A stretch of 28,151 nucleotides of DNA, from assembly GCA_040752415.1 (NCBI GenBank), contig JBFMGU010000140.1, positions 1 to 28,151 of the forward strand, written 5' to 3'. Shown here piece after piece: positions 1 to 8,143 of this stretch; positions within the stretch are counted from its first letter, which is position 1, and each line of letters opens with the position of its first letter. The DNA comes from Myxococcota bacterium. Lineage in GTDB: Bacteria > Myxococcota > JACRCW01. The notes beneath the pieces were generated by a model. That model was not told the origin of the DNA and made no database searches. It worked only from the letters and a program-made list of their open reading frames with translations. The position numbers and the translations under genes were made by a program.

Positions 1-87
1 CTTGGGCTCAACTCGCCGGTGACGACGACGCTTCTTCAACTCCAGCCGGGACAGCCGGATACGCCAGATTTTGTCGATGCTGTCCAA
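1..87 (-). CDS. Possible 5' end of a gene running off the window start (possibly a PilZ-type protein)
   Basis: A minus-strand frame from TTG at 87-85 stays open to base 1 and reads (M)DSIDKIWRIRLSRLELKKRRRHRRVEPK. RRHRRV resembles the RxxxR motif that opens PilZ domains. Only 29 codons are visible. Confidence 0.3.
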   Translation of the reverse strand, partial: MDSIDKIWRIRLSRLELKKRRRHRRVEPK

Positions 88-92
88 AGCGG

Positions 93-236
93 CTCGCCGC
101 CCTGGCCAGCGCCAAGCGGGTTCCACACCCGCCGACGGTCCCCGATGCGCAGCCGCGGTGATTTCTCCGTCGTCGCGGAGTCCGGGCTCCGGGAAAGACC
201 GTTGACGACGCACTTAGCGCTGGCCAGGGCGGCGAG
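93..236. repeat. 24-bp inverted repeat enclosing nested hairpins; candidate structured RNA or MITE-like element
   Basis: 93-116 ctcgccgccctggccagcgccaag matches the reverse complement of 213-236 (ctcgccgccctggccagcgctaag) at 23/24. Inner stems: gcgggt/acccgc, cgacggtc/gaccgttg, cccg/cggg, ccgcggtga/tcgtcgcgg. Confidence 0.8.
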
Positions 237-605
237 GGCCCGCCGCACTCCAGGTCGTGGTCCGCTCACGACGCGTGCAACCCCACTGGGCATCCTGTTC
301 TGACGCAGCCCCTGACGTGGCGGAGGACACCTTCACGCTCCACGAGGTGGCGTTCTGCTCGACTTCTCCGACCCGGGCAATTCCATCGCGCGTTCCGTCG
401 CTGGTTTGGTGTCGCGCCCGGTGAGTACCGCGCGCAACGCCGCCATCACGCCACGCCGCATCACGGCGAGAAGGGCGCAAGGCCGACGACAAAACGCTGA
501 AGTGGGAGGGGGCGGACTGTTACCACACAAATGCGGGGAGGTCGGAGCCGGTCTGCCACCGGTTCCGCCTCACGTCATCCATTCCCATCATCCACGGATT
601 CCTTC

Positions 606-1844
606 ATGCGTCCTCTTCCACGGGCGGGACGCCTGCTCCTGCTGTTGTTGCTGGCGGGATGCGGCGCCGATCCTGCCGTCCAGCAGGAAACGCCGCTCCA
701 CGAGCAGCTTGCCCTCGACAACGAGCATGCCGCCGCCATGTACATCATCCAGCTCCGCGACGACGTGGACCTGGACGAGGTGCTGGACGAGTTGTCCATC
801 CGGCACGCGGCACCACTGCACCACCGTTACCGGCATGCGCTCCGGGGTGGTGCGCTGATGCTCAATGCCCGGGCGGTGCGTGAGGTGGCCCAGGACCCGC
901 GGGTGCTGCGCGTGGAGCGTGACCAGCCCATCTCCGCCGCCGGCAGGTCCAACAATGAGCGCATGTCCACCGGCTTCCGCCTGGTTGGCGCCGACGTCAC
1001 CAGCAACGAGGGCACCGGCGTCAGCGTGGCCATCCTGGACACCGGGGTCGACCTCACCCACAAGGACCTCTCCGCCAACATCAGCACCACGTACGGCAAG
1101 GACTGCATCAATGAGTCCGGCGGAACCCTGGTGGACAACAACGGTCACGGCTCACACGTGGCGGGAATCGTCGGCGCGCGCGACAACAGCATAGGCGCCA
1201 TTGGCGTGGCCAGCGCCGTGAAGCTGGTTCCCATCAAGGTGCTCAACCGCTATTCGCAGGGATCCTGGGCATCCATCATCTGCGGCGTGGACCACGTCAC
1301 CGCCAACGCCTCCGTCCTGCGGGTGGCCAACCTGTCCCTGGCCGGACCCGGCACCGAGTGCAGACCCGGCACCGGCTGCACCCCCAGCGCGTTGCAGCTG
1401 GCCATCGAGAGGTCGGTGGCCGCGGGTGTGACGTACGTGGTGGCCGCGGGCAATGAAGGCGGGGATGCGGCCTACACCGTCCCCGCTGCGTTCGACGTCG
1501 TGGTGACCGTTTCCGCGTATCGTGATGCCAACGGCGTGCTGTCCTCGGATGATGGCTGGCTCTCCTACACCAACTACGGCGCCGACGTGGACATTGCCGC
1601 CCCCGGCGCGGACATCTACTCGACGTACCGCAGCGGCGCGTACTGGACGCTGAGCGGGACCTCCATGGCGGCGCCCCACGTGTCGGCGGCGGCGGCGATG
1701 ATCCTCCGCAACCGGCCTGGGGCGTCACCCGCGGATGTCCGCTGGGCCCTGCTCTCGCGCGGCATCCGGACCTACCCCGGGTCCGGGAGCGCCCAGCACC
1801 CGGAACCGCTGCTCGACGTCCGCACCGGGTTCAGCTCACCGTGA
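606..1844 (+). CDS. S8 family subtilisin-like serine peptidase, lipoprotein with an I9-type propeptide
   Basis: Catalytic triad motifs ILDTGVD, NGHGSHVAG and GTSMAAPHV, plus oxyanion motif AAGNE. ATG 606 gives MRPLPRAGRLLLLLLLAGC, a lipobox signal. The propeptide is YIIQL...YRHALRG...DPRVLRVERDQ. The ORF-track start at 531 is probably too far upstream. Confidence 0.95.
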   Translation: MRPLPRAGRLLLLLLLAGCGADPAVQQETPLHEQLALDNEHAAAMYIIQLRDDVDLDEVLDELSIRHAAPLHHRYRHALRGGALMLNARAVREVAQDPRVLRVERDQPISAAGRSNNERMSTGFRLVGADVTSNEGTGVSVAILDTGVDLTHKDLSANISTTYGKDCINESGGTLVDNNGHGSHVAGIVGARDNSIGAIGVASAVKLVPIKVLNRYSQGSWASIICGVDHVTANASVLRVANLSLAGPGTECRPGTGCTPSALQLAIERSVAAGVTYVVAAGNEGGDAAYTVPAAFDVVVTVSAYRDANGVLSSDDGWLSYTNYGADVDIAAPGADIYSTYRSGAYWTLSGTSMAAPHVSAAAAMILRNRPGASPADVRWALLSRGIRTYPGSGSAQHPEPLLDVRTGFSSP

Positions 1845-1847
1845 CGC

Positions 1848-2534
1848 TCACATGCCAATGAGCTGGTTGGTGCGGACCAAGCGGACCTCCTCCAGGGTGA
1901 GCGAGCCCTTGCCAATGCTGGCGCCGGCGTTGGACGCGCCCGTCTGCGAGCTGCGGTAGGTGCTGATGCGGGCCTGCACCTCGATCACGTGATCACCCAC
2001 GCCCACGTCATTGAGGGCGAAGGTGAAGGCACGCGCACCCATGGTGTCCAGCACCAGCTGCAGCTCCTCGTCGCTCCAGGAGCACTCCGTGTTGCCCGTG
2101 ATGGTGCCGTCGTCGTTGAGGTCGCGGCACTCGTTGAGCACGCCGCCGAACTTGGCCATCAGCGTCTGGGTCCGACGGTCAAAGACCACCACGCCCGGCG
2201 CCGCCTCCACGCCGTCCACAAGCACGCGCACCTCGATGCCCGCCTCCGCGGTGGAGGTGTCGGAGGTGCCGGTCTTGCTGCGAACCAGCGTGTCGGTGAA
2301 CAGGCCCGTCTGCAGCGAGACGGTGGCCACCAGGTCCTTCTGCTGCGACATGCGCAGCGTGGAGCTCAGGATGGTGGCCCATTCACCCTCGCTGGCGCCG
2401 GAAGCACCATCAATGCGCGGCAGGACGTTGATCTCACCCACCGCCATGGAGTTCTTGGCGGACTCCGCCATGGCGACGCTGCTGGCGAGGACGGTGAGGG
2501 CGATCAGGGAGCGGGAGATGAGGCGTGCGTTCAT
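1848..2534 (-). CDS. Secreted hypothetical protein, beta-rich
   Basis: 228-aa ORF with high-GC3 codon usage and signal peptide MNARLISRSLIALTVLASSVAMA. Contains a Cys-flanked DLNDDGTI loop. Convergent with the subtilase, with 3 bp between the stops. Confidence 0.85.
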   Translation of the reverse strand: MNARLISRSLIALTVLASSVAMAESAKNSMAVGEINVLPRIDGASGASEGEWATILSSTLRMSQQKDLVATVSLQTGLFTDTLVRSKTGTSDTSTAEAGIEVRVLVDGVEAAPGVVVFDRRTQTLMAKFGGVLNECRDLNDDGTITGNTECSWSDEELQLVLDTMGARAFTFALNDVGVGDHVIEVQARISTYRSSQTGASNAGASIGKGSLTLEEVRLVRTNQLIGM

Positions 2535-2874
2535 GGTCTACTCGCGATGCGGCTGGAGTTGTGTTGGTTGGGAGCGCCGGGTCGCCGCGCGGATCGGCGC
2601 GCTGCCCAACCAACGAATCACACGCGCGCGTCCATTCCGATCTGAGCCGATCACGGCCCGTGGCGTTGGCCCGGATGACGCCATTCCTAACACACGCGAA
2701 TCACCAACGAGCGCGCCGCCGGTTCTCGTCGTCACGGGACGCATTCCCGGGCCGCGATTCGCTTCGGGACCGCATCGTGTGGATTCGCTGCTGCACGTGA
2801 GCGCGAGAGACCGGATTGACGGAAACACCAACGTCGGAAGCGTCATGTTCCCACGCCCGGAACCCGGGGAAACA

Positions 2875-5229
2875 TCACCGCGGTGAGCCGCTGTTCTTGC
2901 TGATGGCAATACGGTCCACCCGCGCTCCGTCCTCCCGCACACGAATGAAGAGCTGGTGCCGCCCGTCGGGGAGGGGAACGCTGCTGGAGCCATGGTTCCA
3001 CTGGAACGTGGGGTCGCAGTGGACCGCAATGTTGCCGCCATCTCCCGACGCCACGAAGAAGCTGTCGGAGCTGGTGTTGGGGCCCGTGCAGTCCAGGTGG
3101 ATGAAGAAGCTTCCCCCGTTCACCACGTCGAGCTCGTACTGCAGGTAGTTGCTGCTGCCAGTGCCCGAGCCGTCCGGCGTTTCCATGAAGATGCGTGCAC
3201 CGTCGCTGCCGGAGCGGAAGTTGCCGGACCGGACCTGGTACGCCTCCGCTTCCACCAGCGTGTAGCGGACCGTCCCGTCCACCAGCACCACCCCGCCGCC
3301 GCTGGAACTGGATGATGACGAGGACGACGAAGAGGACGAGGACGTGGAGGAACTGCTGGAGGAGGCCGACGCGCTGGAGCTCGACGATGTGCCGCTCCCG
3401 CCCCGCGTGACCTCGTAGGTCGTCATGGACGTGGTGCCGGGAGCGTCAAGGAAGTGGATGACGCCGGACTCGTCCGCGGTGCAGGAAGCAACCCACGTGG
3501 TTCCGCGCCGGACCTCGTAGTTGGAGCCCGGCACCAGGTCCCCCAGTGAATGACCAAGCTGCACGGATGACGACGTGACCTGCGTGCTCCAACGCCGGGT
3601 CCGCTCCCCGCTGGTCTGCCAGTCCAGGACCCCCACGGTGCCCGACTCCGCGGATGGAACCACCAGGAAGGGCAGCAGGCTGACCACGCGCGGGCTGCTG
3701 ATGGATGACGCCGTGACGCGCACCGAGGAGCCCGTGGGCTGCACCGTGGTCCGCAGGCTGCTGGAGCCCGCGTCAAACACCCGCGCCGCCGCATCCTCCA
3801 ACGTCGTCACCGCGGAGCTTGTCATGAAGAGCGTGACATCACCTTCCGGGTTGCGGATGAACGTGGTGCTGCTGCCTTCCGTGCGCACCGGCAGGGTCTT
3901 GGGAATGGCGTTGCTGTCCAGCACCGTGCCCTTCCCGTCCTGCAGGAGGATGGCGCCCGCATTGTCGAGAAACGTGTTGTCCAGGAACAGGTGATCGTCG
4001 GCAGCGTTGAGCTTGACGGCATGGACCCCGTTCCCGTGCACCGTGTTGCCCTGGAAGGTGTTGCGCCGGTTGCGGCCGTCGCCCACCTCCGGCGTGTCGC
4101 TGCCCATGTAGAGGTAGAGCCCGATCTCCGCGTTGGGTCCCACGTCGTTGTTGCTGACGAGGTTGTCCGCGCAACCCATGGAGAGACGGATGCCACGGCG
4201 GTTGTTGTAGACGTGGTTGTTGCGCACCACGTTGGTGAAGCTCTCGAACAACACGACGCCGGTGTCCGTGTTGTCGTGTACCGCGTTGTCCTCCAGCACG
4301 GAATCCACGACGCTGCGGTGCAGCATGATGCCGTGCCCGGTGTTGTGGTCCACTTCATTGTTGCGCAGCACGATGTTGTCACAGCGCATGCTGCAGATGA
4401 TGCCGTGGTTGCCGTTGTGGTGGACGTGGTTGTCCTGGATGAGCAGCCCGTCGGAATCGTCGTGCGGGTCAATGCCGTAGCGGTGGTTGTTGTCCACCTC
4501 GTTGCGGAGGAACTGCATGCCCAACGCGCCGTAGGTGTAGATCCCGAACCAGTTGTGATGGATGTGGCTGTCGGTGACCTCGCCCAGGACGTCCACGGCG
4601 GCAAAGAGCGCCGGGCTGGCGGTGCCGGCGACCTTCCAGGTGAGGCCGTAGGACTCCGACGCGTCGTAGCCCAGGTGGGAAACCTCGGAGCGCCGAATGT
4701 CCATGCGGGAGATCCGCGGCGTGCCGGAGTCCAGGTAGGAGCGGACGTTGATGAAGGCGCGCCCGTTGCTGGTGGGCTTGGTGTCCGGTCCCCCTGCCGC
4801 CTCATCCCACGACGTCACCCGGGTGGAATCCATGGAGATGGCGCCCCACTGCGCCCGCACGAACACCCGCGCCGTGGAAGCGCTGGAATCATTGCTCCTG
4901 AGGCGGAGCTCATTGGTGTCACCGCCCACGGCCTCGCCGTGAAGCAGGAGCGTGGCGCCCTGCTGGAGGACCAGGTTCGCCCTGAGGAGCCACACCCGCG
5001 GAGCGCCATCCACCCGCTGCAGCGCGCTGGTGCCGAGATGCGTGGCCAGGTCGGCGGGCGTGCAGGTCACCGCGCCCGTCACCGTGATCGTGTTCGTGCT
5101 CGACGAGAAGCGCACCGCGGAGGAGCTGCACGTGCTGTCCGCGGCAACGGGACGCGGGCCTTCCAGCGCGTAGGTGGCAAGGATGGCTGGCACCAGCAAC
5201 GCACCGGTGCGGCACACGCGCGAGGACAC
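2875..5229 (-). CDS. Right-handed parallel beta-helix protein, AlgG-like mannuronan C5-epimerase family, with a Ser linker and C-terminal CBM-like domain
   Basis: YGIDPHDDS motif (AlgG DPHD active site). Multiple PbH1 turns (HHNWFGIY, NHVHHNGNHGII, NEVDHNTGHGIML, NHVYNNRRGI). N-terminal signal peptide, poly-Ser linker at ~3300-3400, and C-terminal VEAEAY...REDGARVDRI module. GTG 5229 is preceded by GGGAG; the ORF track starts at 5313. Confidence 0.88.
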   Translation of the reverse strand: MSSRVCRTGALLVPAILATYALEGPRPVAADSTCSSSAVRFSSSTNTITVTGAVTCTPADLATHLGTSALQRVDGAPRVWLLRANLVLQQGATLLLHGEAVGGDTNELRLRSNDSSASTARVFVRAQWGAISMDSTRVTSWDEAAGGPDTKPTSNGRAFINVRSYLDSGTPRISRMDIRRSEVSHLGYDASESYGLTWKVAGTASPALFAAVDVLGEVTDSHIHHNWFGIYTYGALGMQFLRNEVDNNHRYGIDPHDDSDGLLIQDNHVHHNGNHGIICSMRCDNIVLRNNEVDHNTGHGIMLHRSVVDSVLEDNAVHDNTDTGVVLFESFTNVVRNNHVYNNRRGIRLSMGCADNLVSNNDVGPNAEIGLYLYMGSDTPEVGDGRNRRNTFQGNTVHGNGVHAVKLNAADDHLFLDNTFLDNAGAILLQDGKGTVLDSNAIPKTLPVRTEGSSTTFIRNPEGDVTLFMTSSAVTTLEDAAARVFDAGSSSLRTTVQPTGSSVRVTASSISSPRVVSLLPFLVVPSAESGTVGVLDWQTSGERTRRWSTQVTSSSVQLGHSLGDLVPGSNYEVRRGTTWVASCTADESGVIHFLDAPGTTSMTTYEVTRGGSGTSSSSSASASSSSSSTSSSSSSSSSSSSSSGGGVVLVDGTVRYTLVEAEAYQVRSGNFRSGSDGARIFMETPDGSGTGSSNYLQYELDVVNGGSFFIHLDCTGPNTSSDSFFVASGDGGNIAVHCDPTFQWNHGSSSVPLPDGRHQLFIRVREDGARVDRIAISKNSGSPR

Positions 5230-5402
5230 GTTTGCTCCCGACGACAGGATGTGGCGACGCCGCGCCTGGCCGAGTTGGGACGTGGGCGCAGGGCCGTTGG
5301 CCCACGTGCGCACGACGCGGTCACAGCGCGGGACACCGGTGTGATAACGTCATGAATCGGGCACCGCCGCGCGCGCCAGGTTTTGTTTCCGGATCGTTTC
5401 CG

Positions 5403-5444
5403 CGTGTCCACGACGGGAAAATCCGCGAACGTGTCCACGCCGGG
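5403..5444. promoter_or_regulatory. 15-bp direct repeat in the divergent intergenic region (candidate operator)
   Basis: cgtgtccacgacggg (5403-5417) and cgtgtccacgccggg (5430-5444) match at 14/15 with a 27-bp period. A partial third copy gtccacg lies at 5482. Confidence 0.4.
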
Positions 5445-5714
5445 TGGATGGGGGCCGACCACGTTGAGCCCATGCCGTGACGTCCACGCGGTGTGAGGTG
5501 GCGCGGGTCTGGGATGGTGCGGAGCCGGGAATGCGAACCGTTCACACCATCTGCGACTCCGCGCGCCCACCGGTATCACAGCGGTGATGTGACCCCTCGC
5601 CTGGGGGCCAGCTCCCCCCGCGGGTTCACGTCGCTGTCACGCCAGCAGCCCGGTTCCCGGCGACGCACGCTGCGTTGCTCTGACCGGGGAGTTTCCTGCG
5701 CGGACGGAGGACCC

Positions 5715-6344
5715 ATGAATCGCCGCCCCACCCCGCGCGCCGAGCGCGTGCGCCGCTGCTATCGCGTGAACTTTGGCACCGAGGCGCCCACCCTGCGCGG
5801 CATGACGTCGGACATCTCCGCCTCGGGCCTGCTGCTCATCTCGCAGATCATGCTGCCGCTCAGGACGCACATCGTGATGCACGTGGAGACGGGTGACGCC
5901 ACCAAGGTCGTGGAGGGAGAGGTGGCGCGGCACCATCACGTGCCCCGCGAGCTGCGTTCCCTGCAACGCCAGGGCATGGGCATCCGCGTCACCCGCAACG
6001 ACGACACGCCGGCCATTGTTGCGCACTCCCAGGGCTTCCGCATCACGTGTTTCAGTCCCACCGCGCTGAGCAGCCTGATTGCCCGGCACGTGCAGGGCAC
6101 CTTCCTCATGCTCCCGTGCGAGCGCGAGGGACCGGCGGTGCGCACCCGCGTGGAGATCGCCTTCACCCTGCCCTTCCGGCCTGCCACGGAATCTCCCCGC
6201 CTCACCGGCACGGTGCTGCAGGAGATGGTTTCCGACGTGCGCAACGTGGTGGTGGAGGTGGACGGCGTCCCGGACGTGGCGGCGGTGCTGCGCGCGGGAG
6301 CCTCGGTCCGACAGCAGGCGCGCTCGCCGCTGCCCGGCATGTGA
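5715..6344 (+). CDS. PilZ domain protein (putative c-di-GMP receptor) with a second PilZ-like barrel
   Basis: GGAGG at 5706-5710 before ATG 5715. Arg-rich switch RRPTPRAERVR, DxSxxG motif (DISASG), and GEVAR...GMGIRV as typical of myxobacterial PilZ proteins. Confidence 0.85.
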   Translation: MNRRPTPRAERVRRCYRVNFGTEAPTLRGMTSDISASGLLLISQIMLPLRTHIVMHVETGDATKVVEGEVARHHHVPRELRSLQRQGMGIRVTRNDDTPAIVAHSQGFRITCFSPTALSSLIARHVQGTFLMLPCEREGPAVRTRVEIAFTLPFRPATESPRLTGTVLQEMVSDVRNVVVEVDGVPDVAAVLRAGASVRQQARSPLPGM

Positions 6345-6404
6345 CGCCATGCGTGCCACGGTCTACCCTGCGCGGCTCCTGTTCCTCCGCGTCTGGAGTC
6401 GTCC

Positions 6405-7754
6405 GTGGCCGTGCGCTCTTGTCCCCTCTTTCTCCTGTGCCTGATCACCGTCGTCACGTTGGCCTGCAATCCGTCCGCGGAGACCGACGGAGGCCCCGAC
6501 ACCCCGCCGGGTGACGACGGCGGCGCGGGCAGCTCGTCGTCGGGCGACGCGGGCGGAGCCCGGGATGCGGGTGGCACCGACGCCGGCTCCCGGCCCGACG
6601 CGGGAACGCCGCGCGTGGACCCCGCGTGCCAGGAGGACGGCTGTCTGCGCGCCACCACGCACCTTGGCAACTACGGCCGCGCCGCCATCCTGCCGTACCT
6701 GGAGCCCGGCGTGCAGATCGACAACGGGTACAGCGTCCACACCATCCGCTTCGCCACCGACGGACGGGAGAGCACCGCCACCGTGACCATCCCCTATGAC
6801 GTGGGGCTGCAGCCGCCGGAGGGCGGTTGGCACGTGGTGGGGAACAACCACGGTACCAGCGGGCTGGAGGACCTCTGCGCGCCCAGCATGTCGCTTTCCG
6901 GGCCGGGCCTGGCGGGACTGTTTGGCGCGCGCGGCCTGATTGGCGTGGCGGTGGACTATCCCGGCCTGGGCACCGCGGGGCTGCACCCGTACCTGGTGTC
7001 CCGGGTGGAAGGCACCAGCGCGCTGGATGCGCTGCGCGCCGCCACCAACCTGGCCCTGCTCCTCGAGCAGCCGGTGTCTCGTCGCTACGCCATGGTGGGC
7101 CTGAGCCAGGGCGGGCATGCCACGCTTGCCGCCGCGACGCTCCACGCCACGCACGCGCCGGAGCTGGACATCCGCGCTTTTGGCGCCGCGGCGCCCGCTT
7201 CGGCGTGGGAGTCGCAGTGGCGCGCGGGGGTGGCCATTGCGGGAGGGCACATCGCGTATCACGCCATGGTGGTCTACGCGTGGGCGGACTTCTACGGCTT
7301 TGATGACCTGCCCTTGTGGGCAGACGGCTTTGCCGACGACGTGGACGGCATCATGACCACGCAGTGCATCTACGACCCCAACGGCGGCGCCACCATCTTC
7401 TCCAGCGTGCCCACCGACCCCGCGCAGGTGTTCCACGCTGCGTTCCTCTCCGAGTACCAGGGCGGCCAGTGGCAGACCTACACCGCCATGCGGGACGCGT
7501 TCGCCGCCAACGCCATTGCGCCCTACACCCAGACCGCGCCGCTGCGCATCTACCAGGGCGACGTGGATTCCACGGTTCCGGAGGCCGCCACGTCGGAAAT
7601 GGTGGCCGCGCTGCGCGCTGGCGGCGTCACGGTGGATTACGTGGTGGTGAGCGGCGGTGGCCACGTGGACGTGGCGTTCGGATTCGTGGCGCAGAACCAG
7701 CTCCGCACGGAGGAGTCCGTGGACTGGCTCCGCGGACAGCTCGACGCGCCGTGA
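6405..7754 (+). CDS. Secretory lipase (LIP family alpha/beta hydrolase), lipoprotein
   Basis: Motifs HGTSG..CAPS, DYPGLG, HPYL, nucleophile GLSQGG, YQGDVD (Asp) and GGGH (His). Lipobox VTLAC, followed by a DAG-rich low-complexity linker. Confidence 0.92.
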   Translation: MAVRSCPLFLLCLITVVTLACNPSAETDGGPDTPPGDDGGAGSSSSGDAGGARDAGGTDAGSRPDAGTPRVDPACQEDGCLRATTHLGNYGRAAILPYLEPGVQIDNGYSVHTIRFATDGRESTATVTIPYDVGLQPPEGGWHVVGNNHGTSGLEDLCAPSMSLSGPGLAGLFGARGLIGVAVDYPGLGTAGLHPYLVSRVEGTSALDALRAATNLALLLEQPVSRRYAMVGLSQGGHATLAAATLHATHAPELDIRAFGAAAPASAWESQWRAGVAIAGGHIAYHAMVVYAWADFYGFDDLPLWADGFADDVDGIMTTQCIYDPNGGATIFSSVPTDPAQVFHAAFLSEYQGGQWQTYTAMRDAFAANAIAPYTQTAPLRIYQGDVDSTVPEAATSEMVAALRAGGVTVDYVVVSGGGHVDVAFGFVAQNQLRTEESVDWLRGQLDAP

Positions 7755-7885
7755 TTGCCGCCTCGCACCGGCCCCACCACCCGCGCCAGCCTTGAGTTGA
7801 TGCGCCGCGAGGGGACCCTGCACCTGTCCATGGGGACGGCTGCAACAGACTCCGCAGGGTGCATTTACGCGCGGAGTTCGGCAAC

Positions 7886-7960
7886 GGGTGAAAAATTCTT
7901 CAATTTGGGATTCCCGCCCGCGGCTACGCACCACAGTCATTGATGGGTGGAAAAATCTTC
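7886..7960 (+). promoter_or_regulatory. 16-bp AT-rich direct repeat upstream of the ECF sigma gene
   Basis: gggtgaaaaattcttc (7886-7901) and gggtggaaaaatcttc (7945-7960) match at 14/16 with a 59-bp period, in a locally AT-rich intergenic stretch. Confidence 0.45.
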
Positions 7961-8143
7961 TCGTCCACGTCGGGAATTCCGTCGTGATTTCACGCTGGGA
8001 TAGTGAACTGGGTTCGTGATAGCCATGACCGTTGGAAGCCGCACCCCTCCATTGATTGCTTTCCGACGCCCGTGGATTCCGAGCAGATGCAACGCCGCGG
8101 TTCGCGAAATAGGCCCGCTCGCGCCCGGGGGGAGGCGGAGCCG

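Noticed and set aside
19..530. Short ORFs 19-303 (+), 36-293 (-), 214-492 (-) and 333-530 (-)
   Set aside because: They are Arg/Pro/Ala-rich with no RBS and no family motifs, and most overlap the inverted-repeat element. They are typical high-GC spurious ORFs.
3991..5355. 454-aa + strand ORF
   Set aside because: It is the antisense shadow of the AlgG-like gene, a result of GC3 bias.
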